The notes below the pieces were generated by a model, which worked only from the letters and a program-made list of their open reading frames with translations, was not told the DNA's origin and made no database searches. A DNA stretch of 64,000 nt from positions 9,612,001-9,676,000 of the forward strand of contig CM052817.1 of assembly GCA_028534125.1 (NCBI GenBank), given 5' to 3'. Both the position numbers and the translations under genes were made by a program. Origin of the DNA: Lama glama. Taxonomy: Eukaryota. The stretch's first letter is position 1. Each line of letters begins with the position of its first letter. Below, in pieces: positions 53,853 through 64,000 of the stretch.

Positions 53853-54160
53853 TGGTGGCAGGGTTGAGGATAAGAACAGGCAGAGCACAGAGGATTTTCA
53901 GGGCAATGAAGACACTGCATGATGCTGTAATGACGGAGTTGTCAACACCCACAGAATGTATAACACCGAGAGTGAACCCTACGTATAAGCTATAGATTTT
54001 GGGTAATTAGTGTGTCCAGGTAGGTTTATCGGTTGTAACATGTGTACCGCTCTGGTGGGGCATGTGGATAGTGGCGAGGCTGTGCCTGTATGGGAGCAAG
54101 AAAAATCCGGGAATTCCTTTGCTGTGAACCTAAAACTGCTCTAAAAAATCAAGCTTTTAA
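53853..54160 (+). mobile_element. L1MC-like 3' end inserted after a MIR
   Basis: gaacaggcagagcacagaggattttcagggcaatgaa...gctgtgaacctaaaactgctctaaaaaat. Confidence 0.8.
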
Positions 54161-54399
54161 AAAGTGTTTAGCTATCATATATAAATTCAAAATAAAAAAA
54201 GTTTAACCTTTGAAATTTGTCTCCCCCACCCCACCTCGTAACTGATTCTAGAAGCCCGTGTCATCAGTGTCACAGAAAACATCATGTCCAACTAAAAGTG
54301 TTTTTTTTAATTTTATTGAATTAACAACACAGCACCAAAATTTGGAAAAAATATTTTTAAAATAGGTCTTATCCTTTAAGGCACTAATTTTAACAATAA

Positions 54400-54678
<279 letters not shown>

Positions 54679-54919
54679 TAATAGTCCTTTGAGTTGCAAG
54701 GAAAGTGGTCCAGAAATTCCAGTGATAAGACACAAAATGGTTTTGAGGGTAGTTGGGCCCTACACAATAAATGCTGCAGGGTGTTTTTGGCAAATCTGAG
54801 CCCTTTCGCACCCACAGACCCCACCTAGCTCTGTCCTTTTAGTATGAGCTCCCTCCAGCCTCTGTTACTAAGAATTCTGATTTCCTTAGTGATCTAAGTG
54901 TCATTCATGCCAAGGAGTG

Positions 54920-55718
54920 AGGTGAGGGAGATTAAAAAGTACAAACTTTTAGTTCTAAAATATGTGAGTCACAGGTATGAAATGTACAGTGTGGGGGATA
55001 TAGTCAGCAATTATGTAACACCTTTGTATGGCGACAGATGACGACCAGACTGATCATGGTGATCATTCTGAAATGAATAGAAATATCACTATGTTGTGTA
55101 CCCGGAACTAACATACTGTTATCGGTCAATTACACTTCAAAAACAAACAGACAAATACACCCACAGAAAAGAGATCAGATTTGTGTCTACCAGAGGCAGG
55201 GAGTAGCAGGGAAGGGGAATTAGATAAAGGTAAGCAAAAGGTACAAAGCTTCAGTTATAAGATAAACAAGTAATGTACAACACAATAAAGATAACTAAAA
55301 CTGCTCGTGGTGGAATTACTGCTGTTATTCTGAGACATGTATACAGGTAATAAGGGGAAAAGTTAATGAGTAATTATGTAATTTTTTCATTCTATCATTC
55401 CATGTTTTTGAGAATTGTAATTCTAGGTGTGGAAGAAAGGAGATGATACAGTTACAGTATTAAAGAGGTTGAATAAAAAGCCTGAAAGAAAAAATGAAAA
55501 CTGCTGTGCATTATAAATGAAAGCTATTAAGAGAGTAAATCCTAAGAATTCTCATGATAAGAAAAAATTTTTTGTTTCTTTAATGTTATTTGAGACGATA
55601 CATGTTCGCTAAACCTACTGTGGTAATCATTTCGTGAAGTATGGAAGTCAAATCACGTTGTACACCTTAAACTTATACAGTGCTGGATGTCAATTTTATC
55701 TCAATAAAACTGAAAAAA
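54920..55718 (+). mobile_element. Two tandem L1MA-like 3' ends, the second interrupted by an insert
   Basis: aagtacaaacttttagttctaaaata... and aaaggtacaaagcttcagttataagataaa...tgtacaccttaaacttatacagtgctggatgtcaattttatctcaataaaactgaaaaaa. Confidence 0.85.
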
Positions 55719-56009
55719 TATATATCCCATTTAATTAATTCTTTTAAAGACATATTGGTTGGAGTAACACACTTCTCCTATACCTGTTTGGTCACTTACA
55801 CTGCACTAGTAGCACATGCAAGAATTTTGCAAAAGTAAACTTGATTTTATTTTTCAGTCCAGCACAATCTAGAACTTCAAACTAATTTTCACCATTAGCC
55901 ATGGGGTTTAGAAAACAGGGCCCAACTAAAGTTATGATTGTCTGTGAACTACTCTTGACCCTAATTGCATAATTAATCAGAAACTGTTTTAATGGCTATT
56001 TTCCTTCAG

Positions 56010-56144
56010 GGCCCAACTGCCTATGTGCTAACTCGGGAGCAAAGTCACTATTTAATATGGAATCCCTGCAGCGGACATTTTTATGGACAATTTGATACAT
56101 TCTGTCCCTTAAAAAGTGTGGGCTGTTTAATAGGTCCTGATAAT
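56010..56144 (+). CDS. CC2D2A: CC2D2A coding exon (135 nt)
   Basis: tccttcag|GGCCCA...GATAAT|gtaagt; [45 protein letters not shown]. Confidence 0.97.
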
Positions 56145-56639
56145 GTAAGTAGTACCATTTCCTCTTAAATACAGTCGGTTGACTATTGCTTTTTTTTTTT
56201 TTTGACTACTGACTTTAATAACATGTTACATATCAAAAATTTTATATAAACATCTACATATACCATTTAAAGAAATGTAGTGTCAAGCACAGTGGCAGAA
56301 CAGTCCTAAATAACAATTTTTGGTTGAATTAGTCACCTGATCGGCAAGATGCAGAATGAGGCTAAAGAAGAATGTAGGATTTAGATTCAGAGGACCTGAG
56401 ATTGTATCCCGGCTCTGACCCGTCTTCCTTTCCAGAATACGTATTTACAATGCCTAATTTGTAGTGCTGGAGAACTAAATAAGGCACATTTATCACCTGA
56501 AAAGACTTTTCTTCCTTTCTTCTTTTTCCTTTTTTCTTAAGAGATTCCCATGTACCATCAGATGATCCAGTTGCACCCAGTTTCGCGGGGGAGGGGCATT
56601 TAATTATGAAGGGTCCTGTAGAAAGCACTGTCTAAAAAC

Positions 56640-56860
56640 ATGAGTTATGGGATCAGACTGCCTGAATTTAAACTCCAGCTTCATCATTTACTAGTTGTGT
56701 GATCTTAGGAAAGTTTCTTAATCTTATACAGCCTCAGTTTCTTCATTGGTAAAATGAAGGTATTTCCTAGTCATTTCTTCGTAGAGTAGTTGTGAGAAGT
56801 AAATGAGATAATCAATGCAAAGCAGCTAACACACAGTAGCAACTGTGTTGGCTAACGTGA
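56640..56860 (+). mobile_element. MIR SINE
   Basis: tgtgtgatcttaggaaagtttcttaatcttatacagcctcagtttcttcat. Confidence 0.8.
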
Positions 56861-57799
56861 CTGTTTTTTAAATCACTATCTAACCGTAGTGATCCCTGTC
56901 AGAAAAATCATTTGAGCATGCATCCCCAATATATGTATTTTCATTTATAAGTTATATATGTATCGTTATATTATTTATATTATACACAGAAGAAACTCTT
57001 GAAATAAAAATAAATAATTAGAAGATCTAATATTCTCTTCTCACATCCCTGTGATGTGCCCCCTACTTTGCAGACCACCAGTCTGCTCTTCAGGATTACT
57101 GCCAAAATTAGAAATACATGGCAAGCATCCAGCGAAGTACTTGTCTTTCATAGGTATTCAGCAAATGATAACTGTTATTAATTACAATGTGAAAAGAGCC
57201 GTGTAGAGCGCCATCTGCATGTTAATTATTATTTTTAATTAAAAGCTCCATCTACATGTGGAGAATCATTCTAAGGTCATATTAGCAATCAGGCAGAGTC
57301 AACAGGTATTGAAAAAGCCTTCAAAGAACTCCATTTTCCGTCAAAATTATCATTAGTTCTCAAAACAATTACTGTATGATTGACTAATTTCCATAAAGCT
57401 CAAGTCTTGTGAGGAAGACAGACCCCCTTTTCTCCTCTTCTAACCAGACAGGCTCATGATGCCAGCCATCCCTCACGGCAGCTGTTCTGAACCTGCTCTA
57501 AGCCCCGGCCACGCGCAGGAGAGGACGGTCAGGCTCGCTTTGTTGGCCTGGCACTCTAGGGACCTCAACTGCCCTCTGCTCCACCGCACCACCTCTTTGG
57601 ACTGTCAGCCTTTCTCTTCCTTCACTCCTTTGCCAAGACGGAAGCCTCCTTCTCCACCCGTGTGTGTGTTTCCATTACTACTCCAACATTTGGCTCCGCT
57701 AATTGTTCCAACTTGGCTCTACATGTTTTCTCGCTCCTTCTCGACCTCTTGATGGGCTCAGAAGTCCAACAATTCTAAGCTGTGTTCTCCCCACCTGGC

Positions 57800-59305
57800 T
57801 ACACCCCAAACTACTATTGACCTTCTTTCTTTCCAAAATTCTTTAAATACTAATTATATCCTCTGCGTCCACTTTCTCAGTAAACTCAGACTTGAACCCC
57901 TATAATCTAGCTCCTCTTCCCGACCATTTTACAGAAATAAACTCTGAGAAGTACCATTGTCTTGCTAATGGATAGATAAATAAATCCAATGGTATGCTCA
58001 CATCCTCACTCTCCTCTCCCTTTTATGGCTCATGACACAACACCTTCCCGTCTTTGGTTTACTGATAAAGGACTGACGGTTTTCACTTCTCTGCAATAGC
58101 TTCTTAGGTTTCTTTCACTGGCTCTTCTTCCCATACCTTAAAAGTAGATTTTCTGAAAATTCTCTATTTAGATTTCTTGCAGGACCACACCTGTTATTAT
58201 TCATCATAGCTCTAACTAGTTTATCCTGGCAAGGAAGTCATCATTCTGACCAGAATCTTTGGGTCCTGAACTTTCAGCTGTTTGCTGGACACCCAGGTGC
58301 TTTGTCAAAGTCTCAAATTCAGGATGTCCATAACTCAAATTACTTCTCCTTTGTCTCTAAAAACAGCTCCTCCTCCAGGCCTTCCTATTTCTATGGATGT
58401 CAATTACCCGGATTCAAACCCCAGAACTGTCCTTGATTTCCCCCCACCCCTTACTTCTTTCTACTTCAATCCTATTAATAGATACCAAGTCACATAGATT
58501 CTACCTCTTCTATTTTCCAGTCATGCCATTATCGTCTCATCCTGCATTACTGTAGTCAACGTAATCATCTGTCTTCAGTTCAGTCCATTATTTGGTACAC
58601 TGACACCTGACGTTTCCGAATGGTCAGCTTTCATCATTTGATGGCTCAAAAAGTATTGACAGTACCTCACTGTATACAGATTTTAGAATAAACTTCTCAC
58701 CTTTTATTTGAAAGCCTTTATGTAACCTGACTTCAGCTCTTTCCTCAGTGTTATTTCTCACTGCTTTTCTAACACATTCCCTACCCTATAGCCAAAGTGT
58801 AGTTCTGAAAGATTTGCCTTCTTAAAACAATTGCTTGATTTGGATTCCAAGGATCAAGGCCTCCTACCTCCTTGGCTGCCACTTTTCTGTGACCTTTGCT
58901 GCTTTTTGTTATTTCTCCAAATTTGAAAAGCCAGGGATCCTCAAAGTTCATCAAACCCCTTTTCTATCTATACTTCCCCCTAGGAACACACACAAGCTGA
59001 TGACCCCCAAATCTGTATCTGTAGCTCACCTAGCTCCCAGAACTTCAGACTCAAATGTCCAACTACCTACTCAACACTTTCATGTACCTAACATGCCCAA
59101 ATTGAACTCCCAGTTTCCTTTTGCAGTCTTTCTGATCTCAATAAATGGCAACTCCATCAATCCAGTTACTTAGGTCAAAATCCTTGGAAACATCTTTGAT
59201 TCCTTTCTCTTTCTCTGACATCCAATCCATCAGCCAATTCTACTGGCTCTGCCTTCAACTGCTACCATTTTTGTCCATACCACTGTAGCTTTCACCTGGA
59301 TTATT
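57800..59305 (+). mobile_element. Degraded L2 fragments (continuing at about 60455-60900 after the L1 insertion)
   Basis: ctcaataaatggcaactccatcaatccagttacttaggtcaaaatccttggaaacatctttgattcc; ctggattatt/ctggactatt on either side of the L1. Confidence 0.65.
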
Positions 59306-59309
59306 ATTT

Positions 59310-60452
59310 ATTTTTTAAATTTTTATACAATTTTAAAGGTCACATTCCATATAGTTATTATAAAATACTGGCTATATTACCCATGTTGTACAGTACACCC
59401 CTGTAGCTTATCTTAGACCCAGTAGTGTGTACCTCCCACCACTGGTAACCACTAGTTTGTTCTCTGTATCTGAGTGTGCTTTTTTTTGTTACCGTTACTA
59501 GTTTGTTGTATTTTTTAGAGTCCACATATAAGTGATATCATACTGTATCTTGTCTTTCTGTTTGACTTATTTCACTTGGCATAATGCCCTCCAAGTCCAT
59601 CTATGTTGCTGCAAAGGGCAATATTTTGTTCTTTTTATGACTGAATAGTATTCCATTGTTTACATATACCACATCTTGATACATTTGTTGATGGATGGTT
59701 AGGTTGCTTCCGTATCTTGGCAACTGTAAATAATGCTGCTATGAACTCTGGGGTACATCCATCCTTTTGGATTAGTGTTTTTGTTTTTTTCAGATATATA
59801 CACAGAAGTGCAACTACTGGGTCATATGGTAGTTCTAATTTTAGGTTTTTGAGAAACCTCCACATTGTTTTCCAAAGTGGCTGCACGAATTTTCATTCCC
59901 ACCAGCAGTATAAGAGGGTTCCCTCTCCTCCATATCTTCACCAACATTTGTGTTCTTTTTTGATGACAGCATTCTGACAGGTGTGAGGTAATAGCTCACT
60001 GTGATTTAAATTTGCATTTCCCTGATGATTAGCAATGCCGAGCGCCTTTTCATGTGTCTTTTCGCCATCTACATTTCCTCTTTGGAAAAATGTCTATGTA
60101 GTTCTTCAGCCCATTTTTCAATCTGGTTGCTTATTTTTTTGATGTTGAGTTGTGTGAGCTTTTTATACATGTCAAATACTAACCCCTTATCAGTCATGTC
60201 ATTTACAAATCTCCCATTCAGTAGGTTCTCTTTTTGTCTTGTTGATGGTTTCCTTTGCTGTGCAAAAGCTTTTAAGTTTAATTAGGTGTCATTTGTTAAT
60301 TTTTGTTTTTATTTCCTTTACTTTAGGAGACAGATCCAAAAAAATATTGCTGCAATTTATGTCAAAGAGTGTTCTTTATTTTCCTCTAGGAGTTTTAAAG
60401 TATCTGGTCTTACATTTAGGTCTTTAATCCATTTTGAGTTTATTTTTGTATA
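59310..60452 (-). mobile_element. L1 3' end with ORF2 C-terminus (antisense)
   Basis: ORF 59635-59886(-) QPLWKTMWRFLKNLKLELPYDPVVALLCIY is the L1 ORF2 C-terminal motif. Confidence 0.93.
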
Positions 60453-60936
60453 TTCTCATCTGGACTATTCAAAATAGCCCGACAGGAGACTTATCTACTA
60501 GAATCTACACTCTTCTGTTTAATCTCAAAAGAACAAAGAATATTCCTGTTAAAATAGAAGGTAAATTATGTCACTCCTCTGCTTGAAATACTCCAGTGGC
60601 TCCTTAGTCACTTAAGAGTCAAAGCTTAAATCTTTAAAGTGGCTCACAAGGCCTTCTATGATCTGACAACTGCCCTGCCCCCACATCTTCTGCTGATCTC
60701 TTTCTTGCTCTAATTTGCTCACTCCTCTGCAGTCACTGTCCTCTTCTTGTTCCTCAAACAGATCAAGCACTTTGCGTCTGCTAGTTCCTCTGCACAGATG
60801 ACCCTTCCCCTTATCAGATATCTTCATTAATTTGTCACTTACTTCTTACATCTATGATCAAAAGCTATCTTTCCAGTGAAAACTTCTCTGCTTACCCTAA
60901 AATTTCACCTCTTCCTGCAGTTTTTTCCACAGACTT

Positions 60937-61301
60937 TGTAAGGTTAGCTATTGCCACAATAAAATAGTAAAACCCTGTCTTCAAACTAGATAGCTTCAGA
61001 CAATTACTCTTATGGAACTGTGGGTCAGCAGGGATGGTTCTGGGCAGGGACAGCTCTGCTTCATGCGTTTTTATTCTGGGACTTGCGGCAATGGCAGAGG
61101 CACAAGAGGGCAAGCAGGAACACACAGAGCTTCTTAAGCTTGGACACAGAAGTTACACACTGACCTTTCTATCCCATTCTCCTGACCAAGAGGCAAGGAA
61201 ATACTTCTACCCTTTTAGTGGTAGGAACTGCCAAGTAACAGGGCCAAGGATGTGGGTATAGAATGAGTGGAGAATCGAGGCCAACAGTTCAGTCTACTAC
61301 A
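60937..61301 (-). mobile_element. MaLR (MLT1-type) solo LTR
   Basis: tgtaaggttagctattgccacaat...atggcagaggcacaagagggcaag...cagtctactaca. Confidence 0.7.
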
Positions 61302-61629
61302 TCATGTATCATCTGATATTCCATGGGTTTACTTGTTTGTTTGCACTGTCTTCTCATTAGCTACTGCATGTTGGTAGAAACTCTGTTTCATTCACAACTT
61401 TATCCCCAGTGACTAGAACTGAGCCTAAATATAATAGGTACTTGCTGATTATGTTGAATGAACAGATTTACCACTCATGCACGCACGCATATGCCTACCA
61501 TATGCCGACTAGGAACTATGCTAGATGCTAAAGATACAACAGTGAATAAAGCACATGGCAAATGTCCTCAAGGCAACATTTAATAGTCTAGTGAGATAGA
61601 TAATTATAAACAATGATAAATACTAATAA

Positions 61630-61880
61630 TAGTAATAAGATAGCTAACATTTTTGAGTACTTACTATGTACCAGGCATTGTTGTAAGAGGTACAGTTGAA
61701 ATAAGGACTCATTTAATCTGCTCAGTAACTTTATGAGGTAAGGACCATTATCCTACTTGTGTAGAGGAGGAAGCTGAGGCACACAGTAGTTAACTGTCTA
61801 AAGTCACATATGTAGTAAATGTTGGAGCCAGAATGCAAATGCAAGTGGTCTGGTTCCAGAATCAGTATGCTACAGTGCCT
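61630..61880 (-). mobile_element. MIR SINE
   Basis: tagctaacatttttgagtacttactatgtaccaggcattg...gaggaagctgaggcac. Confidence 0.8.
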
Positions 61881-62303
61881 CAACAAGACAGCCACTCACA
61901 TACCAGAGGTTACAGAGTGCTATGGAAGCAGAGAGATGGAGACTTAACACAGTGAGGAGGCTGGGAAGAGCAGGGTTAGGAGAGAATAGCCCAAGAAAGG
62001 AGTAGCCTTGTCTGTCTTCTAAAAAATTCTAGGTTTCTTATCACTGGGAACTACCTTATTTCATCAACAGACAATCAACAGTAAGGTTTACTTCAACTGC
62101 AGATATTAAAAAAATCTGGAAAAATGGCTCATGACAACTATATGACGCCACTGATTGTAAAATTCTCATCAGTTTTACAGATAAAAATATGACAGTGTGC
62201 AAGCTACATGTTCTCTTGCTGTCTCCATACATACCTGCACACACATGCATATATACGTAGACGTCTGCTACCATATATGCTGATGTAGTCTTATCTTTTT
62301 TAG

Positions 62304-62516
<213 letters not shown>

Positions 62517-63659
62517 TAATTCTACTCCTAGATATTTAGTCTAGAATTATATTTGATTTTCAGAATTAGTTAAGCCCATCTCACAATAAGAAATAGACCA
62601 TCATATCATGAACCAGAATATACATACATGAAAGAAGTTCTGATATAGAATCCCATAACTTTAAAAAAATACCACAAAACATATTCCATGTAATTTTTTA
62701 AATGTTGGTCTCAATTCACTAAATTAATTTCATCACCGCCACTGAAACATGAAATCAAACTGTAGAGCACGACCCAGGAGGGGCTCATAACATTAATTCA
62801 GAGGGACCTGGACAGCAATAGATTATGTAAAGCATGCGATTAAAACTTTAAACTTGCTAGCTAGGTATATATATATGCCTTTCTGTGTGTCTAATAGAAA
62901 ATGCATTTTTTACTGTGGATCAAACCTTTCCCAAAAAAGCTTTAAAAAAATCACCATAGATAAGTTCTCCTACGTATACAAGGTAACATAAGAGTTTTCA
63001 CAGGAACATTGTCTGCAGAAACCTAGGAAACAGAATGACAGAAGGGATAAAGGGATATGATGGATTTTATAGTAGTTACACAAATACATCAATATCAATG
63101 AATCTTAGTAAATACTTGAAAATAGCATTTGCTATTATCTCTAAATACAACGTTAAGGAGAAAAAGCAAGTTGCATAGTCACAGTATAAAATTATTACAT
63201 AAAGTTTAGAAAACATGCAAAACCATACAATATATTGTTTAGGAAAACATACATTTGCAGTTAAATCATAGACACATTTCACTAATTTGCTTATCTCCAC
63301 TGACTATAATGTAAACACTATGAGGGCAGGAATTTTATTCATAGCTGTATCCCCTCACCTGTAAAAGTCCGCGGCACGCAGCAGGTGTTCAATATATGTT
63401 GAATGAAAGAGTGCTAAAACACAAATTCAGGGCACGGTTACTTCTGTGAGGAGAGAGAAGGATAGTAAAATGGAGAGAGAACTACAAAGCACTATAAGGT
63501 AGGTCATGGATACACTGGCAGCTCTTACATTATTCTCTATATCTAATGAAAGTCTGAGAGTTTATAATTTTTTAAAAAAAGATTTAGAAAATGATGTATA
63601 GTTATTGAAATGAAGTGTAAATGATTTACAGAATTTCTGAACTATTTTTTCTTTTGTAG

Positions 63660-63718
63660 CCAGAAGAGCTAATTTACCAGCGCACAGACAAAGTGGCCGC
63701 CGCCGAACTACAAGACAG
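63660..63718 (+). CDS. CC2D2A: CC2D2A coding exon (59 nt)
   Basis: ttttgtag|CCAGAA...AGACAG|gtcacg; PEELIYQRTDKVAAAELQD(R). Confidence 0.94.
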
Positions 63719-64000
63719 GTCACGTGATACCCATAAATCCACATGCAACCTGCCACTAGGAGTGTTAATACCAAACTAAGCAATTCTCAGCCTGCATCGA
63801 TGTGAAATAATTCGGGCAACTAAATTTCAATTCGTGTTTATAGATACCAAGTACAGATATGATCTCTAAATCCCAAGGCCCAGAAGGCTGTGGTATATAA
63901 CATGGTGTGGGACACACCGCCGTGAAGTCCAGCAGTGATAGGTAGTTTCTCCAAAAGCTTTACCTCGGACCTGAGTTCAACATCATGTTATTTATGGGTC

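Noticed and set aside
56506..56570. Strong polypyrimidine tract and AG resembling an extra acceptor
   Set aside because: No convincing donor nearby and an in-frame TGA after seven codons; probably a decoy or a decayed poly-T tail

Overview
Mammalian (not prokaryotic) genomic DNA, most likely a camelid, judging by several tRNA-Ala-derived SINEs of the vic-1 type. The whole window lies inside the + strand ciliary transition-zone gene CC2D2A (MKS6/JBTS9). I can trace 22 coding exons with GT-AG boundaries, from ...LPPIPSAFRTGFAEFS (2161) to PEELIYQRTDKVAAAELQD(R) (63718). The start codon and the last exons lie outside the window. Two 500-N gaps (9082-9581, 47538-48037) sit where two blocks of exons are missing, so they are placeholders for much longer sequence; reading phase is consistent at every other junction. 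Introns hold ordinary repeats (L1, L2, MIR, MER5, MER20, MLT1, an ERV1-type solo LTR, microsatellites). The most interesting signal is a frame-preserving 15-nt microexon candidate (43649-43663, adds SEGSG) with an SRRM3/4-type UGC signature. Lesser candidates are further micro/poison exons, inverted SINE pairs, a local duplication around one exon, a TSD-flanked insert and X-box-like motifs. I see no support for a wholly new biological system. Gene and repeat identities come from recognition, not database searches, and repeat edges are approximate unless a TSD is cited.
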